From: Mustelus asterias
Lineage: Eukaryota
Direction: 5' to 3'
Assembly (NCBI RefSeq): GCF_964213995.1
Contig: NC_135807.1
Coordinates: 137,392,001 to 137,456,000, forward strand
Length of the DNA: 64,000 nucleotides
This document shows positions 37,514 through 49,900 of this stretch, in pieces (the first letter of the stretch is position 1; the number at the start of each line of letters is the position of its first letter). The notes beneath the pieces are model-generated. The model made no database searches. It saw nothing but the letters and a program-made list of their open reading frames with translations, and was not told the DNA's origin. Position numbers and translations under genes: made by a program.

Positions 37514-38687
37514 AACAAAACGAAGGAGATTGTCATTGACTTCAGGAAACATAGTGGAGGGCATGCCCCTGTCTACCTCAATGGGGATGAAGTAGAAATG
37601 GTTGAGAGCTTCAAGATTTTAGGTGTCCAGATCACCAACAACCTGTCCTAGCTGACACTATAATTAAGAAAGCCCACCAATGCCTCTGCTTTCTCAGAAG
37701 ACGAAGGAAATTTGGCACGTCAGCTACGACTCTCACCAACCTTTACAGATGCACCATAGAAAGCATTCTTTCTGGTTGTATCATAGCTTGATATGGCTCC
37801 TGTTCTGCCCAAGACCTCAAGAAACTACAAAGGGTCATGAACGCAGCCCAGTCCATCACTCAAACCAGCCTCCCATCCATTGACTCCGTCTACACTTCCC
37901 ACTGCCTCGGCAAAGCAGCCAGCATAATGAAGGACCCCACGTACCCCAGACAGACATTCTCTCTTTCACCTTCTTCCATTGGGAAAAAGATACAAAGGTC
38001 TGAGGTCACGTACCAACTGACTCAAGAACAGCTTCTTCCCTGCTGCTGTCAGACTTTTGAATGGACCTATCTTGCATTAAGTTGATCTTTCTCTACACCC
38101 TAGCTATAACTAACACTACATTCCACACTCTCTCATTTCCTTCTTTATGAATGGTATGCTTTGTCTGTATAGCGTGCAAGAAACAATACTTTTCACTGTA
38201 TACTAATACATGTGACAATAATAAATCAAATCAACTTTCTGACTCAGATGGGAGTGTCACCCACTGAGCGAAGGGTGACACCAGTCAACAGCAAAGGAAA
38301 TGAAGTGGGTGTAAAATGTACTGTTGATTGGCATAGGCCCATTATGGGCAGCCACTGAAGGACACTTCCACCATTTTCTCTGGTTACTGAAGCCTTTTGG
38401 GTTGCACCTTTTGGGTTGCAAGATGGAAGTATTGGAGAGAAAGCTGGAACTGGCCATACGTTTAGACTGCAGTGATTATCATAACCAAAATCTCTCAGTT
38501 CGGATGTGAAGATTACCAGCAAGCTCATCGGGACCTCGGCACAAGTCAATGCCTTTTGTAGAGAGGGGGAAATGGCACCAAGAAAACGCCCATCGTGGCC
38601 AGTGAAATAAAAGGGGAAAATAATGAACATTTACCACCCAGGATATCTTATTTACACTGCACAAACATTAAAAACAGGGACAGGATT

Positions 38688-39005
38688 GGGGCAGCACGGT
38701 GGCACAGTGGTTAGCACTGCTGTCTCACAGCGCCATGGACTCGGATTCAATTCCAGGCTTGGGTCACTGTCTGTGTGGAGTTTGCACATTCTCCACATGC
38801 CTGCGTGGGTTTCCTCTGGGTGCTCCGGTTTCCTCCCACAGTCCAAAGTGCAGGTCAGGTGGATTGGCCATGTTAAATTGCCCCTTCATGTCAGGGGGAC
38901 TAGCAGGATAAATACGTGGGGTTATGGGGATAGGCCCTGGGTGGGAGCATGGTTGATGCAGACTTGATGGGTCGAATGGCCTCCTTCTGCACTGTAGGGA
39001 TTCTA
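38688..39005 (+). mobile_element. Full-length HE1-like V-SINE; similar copies at 43170-43490 (-), 44381-44507 (+, partial), 54657-54970 (+)
   Basis: Complete head, body and CR1-type tail. Confidence 0.88.
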
Positions 39006-39870
39006 AAAGCAAGAATAGTTGTAGGCTGGAGATTAGAGAATGATTTGGAGAGGCAAAACAAAAACATTTATACATATGATTCAATATATGACTCCCCCAT
39101 CAGAATTTAGCACTCACCAGAATACAGCAATTTAAAGTAATGTATCAAATGCCAAGTGCCTTGGGATTCAAATTGTTTGGAGATGTTAAAGTAACCACAA
39201 GTTCTTTAAAGGGTCTCTTGTGGTTTAACAATTGGGTGGTCTTAAGTCTGAGCACAGCTGAGAAATTTAGCTGACAACAGGACAGCAGGAAAGAGGTAAA
39301 TGTGGGAATGAGATCAGAGGGTAGTTTTAACTCTTGTAAGTTTCAGGCTGATTAATTACTTTTTTTTCCAAGCGTTTCTTGTTCCATAGCACGCTGTCAC
39401 ATGTACACAACAGTCAAAACACGAATGTTACTATTTTCATTTATAAGAACAGAATTGAAGGGCTTATATTTTTCGAAGTGTACACTGCTCTCACACCACA
39501 GCACATGAAATCAGTGCAACACCAGGTCAGAGACAGAGAGGGAAGCGAATTATCTGCTCAGGCCTCTGGCAGTGGCTCTGTGCAAGAAGCCCCAGCAGGT
39601 GGGTGAGTGGGCCGATCTCTGACTGACTCACACATTCTTGCTTCATCTGGAGGCAACATTTGGCACAGGCTGGGTAATAACAGGCCGAGGTCTCTACCAA
39701 GGAACATGAATGCATATAATAAATCAGATCAGCTACTGTATCAAATGGATACATTGTATCAGAATTACTCTGAGACAGAGACATTACATTTCATTAATCA
39801 GATACATTGTGTTACATCATGAAGCTACACATTGTATCTAGCACTGTATCGCTTTCCCGCTTGTTCTCTC

Positions 39871-40310
39871 ACTCACTCTGGCTTGAGCTTGCCAGAGCTC
39901 TGGTTACTCACTGCTCCGCTCTCTGACTCTGCCAGCAACGCTCCCGATCCGGCGCCACCTCCACAACAACAACCTCCTGCCTGGGGCACGTCACACGTCC
40001 CGGCACGTATCCTCAGAGCCGCCTCCCCCAGCTCTGCTCATACCGGAGGGGGATCCAACCCGGGAGAGAGCTGCTGTACTGCGCTCTCTGTGTCCTCCAG
40101 CCGCACACTGCTGCTGCTGCTGCATTGTATAGGTTTATACCGGTGTGCTCGGCTGTATGTATTCCAAATCTATAGGCTGCACATGTTAATAGAAACAGGA
40201 AACATCGAGCTGGAGCCCCTGTGTTGTCAGAGTGCTTGTCTGATGAACTGTGATTTCCTCCAATTATTGATTGGGAAGCCCAATGCCATTTAATTCCCCC
40301 ACCAATCCCT
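39871..40310 (-). promoter_or_regulatory. Candidate promoter and first exon on the minus strand (possible POMGNT2 start)
   Basis: Local CpG enrichment, four CCAAT/ATTGG boxes at ~40260-40306, and donors GCA|GTGAGTAA (intron from 39911) and AGA|GTGAGT (from 39876). Confidence 0.5.
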
Positions 40311-40683
40311 AACCACAGACTCAGGCTACAGCAGACTATAAAAGTGGCTCTGACGAACAATCATCCAGACTCAAAACGTTGGCGCTGTTCTCTGTCTTTT
40401 TGACAACCTTTCAGATTTCTTCCTGCAATCGCTCCTGATGCCGCCTTGGGAACACATTTCTGCTGGTGTTGCATAAACCCAAGTTTGCTGTGTGCTGTGA
40501 AGCGGTGCTAGAACTTATCCCAGGGCAGAATTTATAGTCACAAATATCATAAAGGAATATGTATCATTATTCTAGGCTAGATTATGTTGGTAAAACATGT
40601 TCTAGTCCAAATAACTATAAAATCCATACAAAGTAGAAAGAGGCGATCCAGCCCATCCAATCTGCACCCACTCTCTGAAAGAG

Positions 40684-41125
40684 CACAATAAGTAGTTTCA
40701 CAACATCAGGTTCAAGTCCAACAGGTTTATTTGGTAGCACGAGCTTTCGAGTGAAGAGTTTGGCTCACAAACAGGCACACATAGACACAAACTCAATTAC
40801 AAGATAATGGTTAGAATGCGAGTCTTAACAGGTAATCAAGTCTTTACAGGTAAAGACAATGTGAGTGGAGAGAGGGTTAAGCACAGGTTAAAGTGGTGTG
40901 AATGGTCTCCAGCCAGGACAGTTAGTGAGATTTTGCAAGCCCAGGCAAGTCATGGGGGTTACAGATAGTGTGACATGAACCCAAAATGCAGGAAAATCTC
41001 AGCAGGTCTGACAGCATCTGTGGGGAGAGAATAGAGCCAACGTTTCGAGTCTGGATGGCCCTTCTTCAGAGCTTCCTCAGATGCTGTCAGACCTGCTGAG
41101 ATTTTCCTACATTTTCTGTTTTTGT
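40684..41125. mobile_element. PLE pseudo-LTR fragment (40684-40983) joined to a second-family PLE-type hairpin (40984-41125)
   Basis: First part matches 35360-35665 with the ribozyme core deleted. Second part has inverted arms AAAATG..CTCAGCAGGTCTGACAGCATCTG and CAGATGCTGTCAGACCTGCTGAG..CATTTT. Confidence 0.75.
41035..41073 (-). ncRNA. Second-family minimal hammerhead motif
   Basis: AGCU CUGAAGA A GGGCC AUCCA GACUC GAAA CG UU^ GGCU, with palindromic AACGUU at stem III and one stem II mismatch. Confidence 0.6.
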
Positions 41126-42919
41126 TCTGGATACTGGGAGTATGTTTCCCTTTGTGCGAGAATCTAGAACTAGGGAGATATAGTTTCAGAATAAGGGGGC
41201 TCCCATTGAAGATGGGCCTGGATGGGATCGGGTTGGCCTCGTTATTGCAGTTGAAAAGTTAACTCAAATTCAAACTATTCCTGTTTGCACTGCCTCAGCA
41301 GTAATGGTGACCCCTCTCATAAGTCAACCATCATTTGGTTGCAGCATTGTAGGTGCTCACTTACAACCATTGCAAGCCAAGCACATCCACTTCATGTCAA
41401 GGTACTTACCATTGGCCTCATAATTGAAGAATGTGTCAGGATTTCTGGTGCCAAGGGTTCGACCAGCCTAGTTCAAAGATAACATGACAATGATTCAGAG
41501 AGAAGCAACCCCCTCAACCTGCTCCCAGTACTCACCCCCTGCCCCCAACATTTACAAACAAGACCAAAAAGGGCAGGATGGCATTGAAAGTGGGTTCTGA
41601 CCCAAAACTCTCCTCCAATCTTGCCTCTCTTCCTTCTGATGAGAATTTCTATACGATTGTGGTGTTGTTTACGACACTGCTTGGATGACTGAAAGGGGAG
41701 ACCTGTTGTTGAAGCTTTTTATCTTGCACTCATCTGGACAACCACAAGAATGCCAAATTTCAAATGAAGAAAAGAACTGGGGAACTATCATTTCCCAAAC
41801 TCGTGGATACTCAAAATAGACACAAGGCTTGAACATATTCCTTTTGTTCGCAGAAAACAGGTCCAAATGTATGAATGCATGTCACTTCCAGCAAGTGTAA
41901 ATGAGCCATGTTATCATCTCAACAAAATATCTTAAATTGGTTGTTAGTGTAGCTATTAGCACACTCATGATTGTTCAGCAGGTGCAGCCTGAAACAGAAT
42001 AGTTCCCAGTTGGTTTCTCCATGACAACACCTCAGCTAGAGTTGATTTGATTTCTTATTGTCACATGTATTGGGATACAGTGAAAAGTATTGTTTCTTGT
42101 GCGCTATACAGACAAAGCATACTGTTCATAAAGGAGAGAGTGCAGAATGTAGTGCTACAGTCATAGCTAGGAAAAGATCAACTTAAAATGAGGTAGGTCC
42201 ATTCAAAAGTCGGATGGCAGCAGGGAAGAAGCTGTTCTTGCGTTGGTTGGTATGTGTCCTCAGTCTTTTGTATGTTTCCCGATGGAAGAAGGTGGAAGAG
42301 AGAATGTCTGGGGTGTATGGGGTCCTTAATTATGCTGGCTGCTTTGCCAAGGCAGCGGGAAGTATAGACAGAGTCAATGGATGGGAGGTTGGTTTGAGTG
42401 ATGGACAGGGCTTCATTCATGACCTTTTGTAGTTCCTTGCGGTCTTGGGCAGAGTAGGAGCCATACCAAGCTCTGATAGAACCAGAAAGAATGCTTTCTA
42501 TGGTTGATCTGCCAACCAACCAAAACCCTTTATTCCTGTAGTTTAATTTGCTGTGATCATTTGAAAGTTGGTGTTGTTGTGCAAGACGGAAAACTTCAAC
42601 AGCATGTCTCCCTTTTCAGCAATATTGACGTTATGTACTGCCAAGTGTCTGCTTGTATACGTGGCCTGATTCCTGTGCTGACCTTTCTGCTTTCCTTTAT
42701 TGAGCGCATTCCTACAGGTGCTTCCTTCCAGCTCCTTGATCGAAAGGGCTGAGATCAAGGCAGTAGGAGGTTGGTGGAACCTAACGCAGAGTCTGAGTAA
42801 TGTTATGGGACTGGATATTGTGGATCATCAATATGCATTTGCCCATCGTGTGAAAGACACCTTGTTGTCAAGGGTATCAGCTAGTTCCAGTTAAAGCAGA
42901 GTAAAGGCAGCACCAGCCA

Positions 42920-43650
42920 GGCATGGCTCAGCTGATAACACTCTCACCTCTGAGTCACTGTGGGTTCAAAACCCAATTTCGAGACTTAAATACAAAATCC
43001 AGGCTCCCAACGCAATACAAAGCAATCGCTGCACTATTTGAGATGTCATTTTGGTGAGACATTAAACCAAGGCCTCATTTGTTCTCTCAGGTGGAGTTAT
43101 CATGCAGTATTCAAAGAAAAGCAGGGAGAATTTCCCCACTTGACTTGCCAATATTTATATCTCCATCAATCATAGAATCCTACAGTGCAGAAGGAGGCCA
43201 TTCGGCCCATCGCGTCTGCACCAACCACAATCCCACCCAGACCCTATCCCCACATCCCCGTGCATTTACCCTAGTTAGTCCCTCTGACACTAAGGGGCAA
43301 TTTAGCATGGCCAATCCACCTAACCCGCACACCTTTGGAGTGTGGAAGGAAACCGGAGCACCTGGAGGAAACCCACGCAGACACGGGGAGAACGTGCAAA
43401 CTCCACACAGACAGTGACCCAAGGAATCAAACCAGGGTCCCTGGCGCTGTGAGGCAGCAGTGCTAACCACTGTGCCACCGTGCAGCCCCAATATTAATAA
43501 AAAGGATAAATAAAAATTTATTCTCTGGTTATTTCTACATTACTGTTGGTGGGAGCTTGCTGTGTACAAATTGGGTGTTGTATTTCCTACGTTTCAACAG
43601 TCGAAAGTTTGTCATTGGCTCTGAAGTGATTTGGGGCATTCTGAGATTGT
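42920..43650 (+). mobile_element. DeuSINE interrupted by an HE1-like SINE
   Basis: tRNA-like head GGGTTCAAAACCC; Deu-like body split at 43170-43490. Confidence 0.7.
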
Positions 43651-44545
43651 GAGGAAACTCACTTCCTCTTTCTCTGCATGCTAGACTCCCCTCTCTCTGT
43701 GAAAAGTACCTTCATTTTACTTGTAAAGTGAATAGTTTAATTTTTTTTTGTAAACCAGTTGTCTGCAAATGATGGCATCGCAGACCTGGTTGCACGCCAG
43801 CCAGTTCTGATATTTTTCCAGTGCCATTAGCTGCCTTCTGTTGCTCACCGCAGCAGCTCATTTATCCACTGTTCTGTTAATTGACAATCTATTAGCTGCA
43901 GCTCGCCTGCAGTGTGGACTCTGCAGAAGATTTTATTGGGGTCAAGTTACATGTGACCTTTTCGGTCACTAGTGGCCATTTACTGTACGAATTCTAACTC
44001 CTTCCTCGTCCTTTTATGAAATATCAATAATATAAAATCCCTGCAGGTTGTTTCTTGAATTTATCAATTGCTCAGCATTTTCAGATCAGCATGCTACATA
44101 AAATTAAGGCTAGCTACCTGCTAGATATTGTCATGGTTCTGTTGTTCTTGCTTATGCTACTGCACCTGTTAGCCATGCAGCCATCTAACAGCTAACATTG
44201 ATGCATAAGGACTTTGTAGAAATAAGTTCCCTACTTCTGCGGGGGGCCTTGTCCATCAGGAGTGCAAATCGGAGATCTGATCGTGTACTCAAAAATCATG
44301 CGATGATCAAGTTGCTGACAGGTGAGTGGGAACTTGGAAAACTGCCTGTATAACGGAGAGGGTATAGAGACTGTGATTATCGGCGGCATGGTGGCACAGT
44401 GGTTAGCACTGCTGCCTCACAGTGCCAGGGACCTGGGTTCGATTCCCGGCTTGGGTGACTGTGCGTAGTCTACACGTTCTCCCTGTGTCTGTGTAAGTTT
44501 CCTCCCTGTTGATGGGAATTTTCTTTTGAGACCGTGTATTGCTAA

Positions 44546-44835
44546 GCATGATGGCACAGTGGTTAGCACTGCTGCCTCACAGTGCCAGGGACTCAGATTC
44601 GATTTCTGGCTTGGGTCACTATCTGTGCGGAGTTTGCACGTTCTCCCCGTGTCTGCATGGGTTTCCTCTGGGTGCTCCGGTTTCCTCCCACAGTCTGAAA
44701 GACGTGCTGGTTAGGTGCATTGACCCGAACAGGCGCCGGACTGTGGCGAATAGGGGAATTTCACAGTAACTTCAGTGCAGTGTTAATGTAAGCCTTATTT
44801 GTGACTAATAAATAAACTTTAAAAACTTTAAAACT
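44546..44835 (+). mobile_element. Rex1-tailed V-SINE; another copy at 48348-48645 (+)
   Basis: Complete head and body, ending GTGACTAATAAATAAACTTTAAAAACTTTAAAA. Confidence 0.85.
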
Positions 44836-46828
44836 TAAGCTAAATACAAGACTCACGAACTCAGTGTCCTGATTCAAAGACATTATTGGCCTTGCTACTT
44901 TATTGACCAATCGATCAAATAGGAGAATGACATAAGTTGGCACAGCACCCCACTAGGAGGCTCTGGCAAACCCAATACCACTCTAAAGTACAATGCCTCT
45001 GTAAGGCCAATTATACATTTCTCAGGATCTTACTTCCCACCTTTCCGGTGGGCATTATTCAGTAAACATTAATACAAATCAATCAATAACCATCCCTGTC
45101 ACCAACTCCAGCCAATAACAATTTACATCTTGACCTCATGGGATTTTATTTGTCCTTAATTTTGGATGTTACCTCCCTCAGTTGCCCAGCAACACAGCAA
45201 AGTTAACATTCCCACAGATTCATTTTCACATCACTATACCAGACCCTGAGAAATTGCTAGTGTCTGGCTGCTCCTGTGTTATCAGCCTGACTTTGTATAG
45301 CTCTCATTCATTGAGCTGGCCTTGGAAGCCATTTTGTTCCCCACACCTACTGATAAAAATGTCCACATTCAACAGTCTATTGTTCTACAAAAATGTGGTT
45401 CCCTCCTGAATGCCTCATCCCATCAAACCTTGCTGTGCCTTGCCGTGGGCTGAAGTTTTACAAAATACATTCTAAGAAATAAGCTATGTCCATTCGATGT
45501 TGAAAATACCTGTTTAAATGAACAATTCTTGTTGTTTAATCAAACTGTCTTTTACACTGACAGTCTCTTATTAGTACATTCTTTAGTCTAAGATCACTCA
45601 CTCCATGTCAGTATTGTGCTAGTGTTTTAAACTCATGATTATATATGTTTTCATTAGCCTCATTTGGCCCACCTACAAAGATGTGCTGGTTAGGTGCATT
45701 GGCCATGCTAAAATCTTTGATTTGATTTATTATTGTCACATGTATTAACATACAGTGAAAAGTATTGTTTCTTGCATGCTATAAAGACAAAACATACCGT
45801 TCATAGAGAAGGAAACGAGAGAGTGCAGAATGTAGTGCTACAGTCATAGCTAGGGTGTAGAGAAAAATCAACTTAATGCAAGGTAAGTCCATTCAAACGT
45901 CTGACGGCAGCAGGGAAGATGATGTTGAGTCGGTTGGTACGTGATCTCAGACTTTTGTATCTTTTCCCGACGGAAGAAGGTGGAAGAGAGTATGTCTGGG
46001 GTGCGTGGGGTCCTTAATTATACTGGCTGCTTTGCTGAGGCAGTGGGAAGTGTAGACAGAGTCAATGGATGGGAGGTTGGTTTGCGTGATGGATTGGGCT
46101 ACATTCGTTTTGTAGTTCCTTGCGGTCTTGGGCAGAGCAGGAGCCATACCAAGCTGTGACACAACCAGAAAGAATGCTTTCTATGGAGCATCTGTTGATT
46201 TATTGTCACATGTATGAGCATACAGTTAAAAGTATTGTTTCTTGTGCGCTATACAGACAAAGCATACCGTTCATAGGGAAGGACTGTTCAGTCCTTTCAG
46301 TGCAGTGCAATAGAGTGCAGTGTTCAGAACTAAACACAACACTCCAGTTGAGGTATTGCGTTTAGAGTGAGGTATTAAATCGGGGTGCTGCCTGTTCTCT
46401 CAGATTTATGTGAAAGATCCCACAGCCCTATTTCGAAGAAGGCAGCATGGTCGATGCAGACTTGGAGGGCCGAAGGGCCTGTTCCTGTGCTGTAATTTTC
46501 TTTGTTCTAAGAGCATGGGCATTCTCCACAATGTCCCTGCCGATATTTATCCCTCAGCTAACATCACTAAGACAGATTATCCGCCGGTTATTATCACATT
46601 GTTTTGTGTGGGAGATTGCTGTGTGCAAACTGTGGATGCTGGACATCTGAAATAAAAGCAGAGATCCTGCGGGTCAGATGGTTTCAGTGGAGGGAGAAAG
46701 CAAGTTAACTTTGCACAACTGCTCTGCTAAAAGGTCAGCAACCAGAAACGTTAACTCTAGTTTTGGTTTTGACAGATGCTGCCTAATCTGCTGAGAATTC
46801 TGAAGGGCCATTCCTGACTTGAAACATT

Positions 46829-46954
46829 GGCCCTGATTTTACCAGCATGGCCGCTCAAGGCTCGTAAGATGGCGCCCGAGGTCAACAGGGAGTGCCATTC
46901 TGCAAGCCTTGCTCGTCCCAATTTTGGGGCGGCTGTGCCAGTAAAATCAGGGCC
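46829..46954. mobile_element. 126-bp MITE, possibly PIF/Harbinger-type; a more decayed similar element at ~52612-52750
   Basis: Perfect 14-bp TIR GGCCCTGATTTTAC (extends imperfectly to ~26 bp) and a 3-bp TSD ATT at 46826-46828 and 46955-46957. Confidence 0.8.
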
Positions 46955-49900
46955 ATTGGCTCCATTTTCTCTCTTCGCAGATGCTGTCAGACCTGCTGAG
47001 TTTTTCCAAATTTTGTTTTTGTTTCGGGTTCCAGTATCAGTAGTATTTTGCTTTTATCTGGGTATTTCCGGGATTTGTTTGTTACATAAAAGTAGTGGCT
47101 ACGTGTCAAAAATATACTATTGGCTGTCAATCACTTTGGGACATCCTGAGGTCCTCAAAGGCGCTACAGAAATGCAAGTCTTTTAGTTGCAACTGGAACT
47201 TAGGAAAAGTTTGCTATTCAAGCAGAACTGGAATGGTCTATTGTGGTTGAAATGATAGTCAAATTCCATATTGCTCTCACATAATAATGGCTTAAGGGAT
47301 GGAACGAAAACCCAGATATGCTATAAATGTCTTTGTAGTCCCCCTTTAAAATGAGGTTAAAACCAGCTGCAGTCAGAATTATGCCCCCCAGCCTTCCTCA
47401 GCACAAATGCCGCCAAGCTTTGTGGGTTATCTCCGAGGCTTGAGGGAGGAATTGAGCTGCATTCAAACAAGCCTACACTGCGTGGAATTTTGCTATCATG
47501 GGTACACGCAACATTTGCTGTTGAATATGTAATTTAAAAAATCAACAAACCCTGGCAACTGTTCAACTTTAAATCAGTTAGGTCTGTTCAAAAGCTTGGG
47601 AGCTGATTGAGAGTTGAGTCAGGTCAAGCTGGAAACTTCAGAGGAAATCAGGCATGGTTGGCTAACTCCTGTGGTTAGAAAAAGATTACAAGTAAAGAAT
47701 AACAAGCATTGAAAAGGTTACCTACAAAATAATAGCGTAATATTTGGGGTTTATAGTTTTCATTTGAGTGGGTTAGTATAGTATAGCAATGTTACCTATT
47801 TATTTATTCATTTTTCTTCCACATATTCACTTCTTTTTAAATTAAAGGCTGAAACGAGGTCTGATTTTGTGCACCATTTTTGGAAGATGTGAAAAAGCAG
47901 TTTGCAGAAAGGTTTTCTGTTTGTTATCCTGGGCAGGTTACCAAAACTTTCTATCAGGAGCTGGGAATTCAGCTATGAGAGTAGATGCAGTAGCCATCGC
48001 AGTGTACAAAGGAGAGAAAGACTTCTCAAAAACTAGCATTCATGCAGGGAAAAAAGCAGAACCAGAAAAATGTTGTTGTGCTCAACATTTTCCTCTCAAA
48101 GTAAGGTCCACTCAGCAGCTTTTGATGATTAAGCTCCTTTGAATTTGCTGAAATATTTTGTGCAGGATTGAGCTGGTTGCAAATTCACATGCCCAGAGAT
48201 GGTAGCTTGGAACTGAACTAATCCTCCTCGATTGCAGGCGTAGCTTTGCTGTGCCAAGGTGTGTCTGGGGTTCAACTCCAGGGTTCAACTAATGTTGACC
48301 AATCACCTTGGCTCTTAGTAGAATTTGAAGAGGTTAGGGTTAAGGTTAGGGCAGCACAGTGGTTAGCACTGCTGCCTCACAGCACCAGGGGCCTGGGTTT
48401 GAATTCCGACTTGGGTCACTGTCTGTATGGAGTCTGCACGTTTTCCCTGTGTCTGCCTGGGTTTCCTCCAGGTGCTCCGGTTTCCTCTATGTGTGAAAGG
48501 CGTGCTGGTTAGGTGCATTGGCCATGCTAAATTCTCCCTCAGTGTACCCGAACAGGCGCCGGAGTGTGGTAACTAGGGGAATTTCACAGTAACTTCATTG
48601 CAGAGTTAATGTAAGCTTACTTGTGACTAATAAATAAGCTTTAAACAAAAACAAAAAAAAATGCTGGAAATACTCAGCCAGTCAGGCAGCATCTATGGAG
48701 AGAAACAGGGTTAATGTTTTAGGTCAATGGCCTTTCATTAGAGCTAGGGATAGTCTTTTTACTTAGCACCATGTAACACCTCAAACCAAAACCCCATCAG
48801 ACAAATAGTAGGAAGCATACCTGTGCTGTGTCAGTAATAGAATTCCATAGAATTCCCTATAGTGCAGAAGGAAGCTGCACCAACCACAGTCCCTCCCAGC
48901 CCCTATCCCCACATATTTATCCTGCTAGTCCCCCAATAAACAATGAGAATGGACACTGCTGTTACGCTGTGATCTCAATACTTGTCCTCACAATGTGTAC
49001 ATGTGAATGTTAACTTCTTTTGTGCGCCTTTTGATCATGGAGGTATACAGCACAGAAAAAGACCCTTCAGCCCATCGCATCTGCACCAGTCAAAGATAAA
49101 CCCCCAAACTATTCTAATTCCCCTTGTATGCCTGGGCATCGCAAGTGCACACCTAAATACTTCTTAAATGGTACAAGGGTCTCTGCCTCCACCACCCTTT
49201 CAGGCAGAGAGTTCCAGATTTCTACCATCCTTTGGGATGTGAGTTTTTCTTCACATCCACTCTAAACCTCCTGCCTTTTACGTTAAATCTCTTTCCCCGG
49301 TCATTGATTCCTCCACCAAGGGGAAAAGTTCCTTCCTGTCTATCTATGTCCCTCATAATTTTATACATCTCAATCATGTCCCCCACTCAGTCTCTGCTCC
49401 AAGGAAAACAACCCCAGTCTACCCAATCTGTCTTTATGACTAAAACTCTCCAGCCCAGGCAACACCCTGGTAAATCTCCTCTGCACCCTTTCCAGTGCTA
49501 TCACATCCCTCCTATAATGTGAATTCACGAACTGCACACAACACTCTAGTTGTGGCCTAACCAACATTTTATACAGTTCCAGCATAACCTCCCTGCTCTT
49601 AAACTCTATGCCTCGGCTAATAAAGGCAAGTATACATATGCCTTCTTAACCACTTTATCCACCTGTCCTGTTACTTTAAGGGACCGGTTATACATGCACA
49701 CCAAGGTCCCTCTGATCCACGGTGCTTCCCAGGGTCCTGCCGTTCATTATGTATTCCCTTGCCTTGTTTGTCCTGTCCAAGTGCATCACCTTATGCTTAC
49801 CCAGATTGAATTCTATTTGCCACTGATCAGCCCCTTCTACATCCTCCAACAATCTCATCCTGGTGAAATTGTAAGATGTAAAGCAGAATTTCAGAGTCGG

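Larger units (their letters stand above)
35285..38235 (+). mobile_element. Rex1/Babar-like LINE 3' fragment split by the PLE; related minus-strand copies at 42043-42503 and 45717-46275
   Basis: NNLSL..NK (35285-35320) continues as TKEIVIDFRK..F..LGV.ITNNLS after 37514; ends TTTTCACTGTA..GTGACAATAATAAATCAAATCAA. Confidence 0.8.

Noticed and set aside
43958-43972. Short resemblance to LF-SINE
   Set aside because: About 14 bp only, and the flanks do not extend the match.
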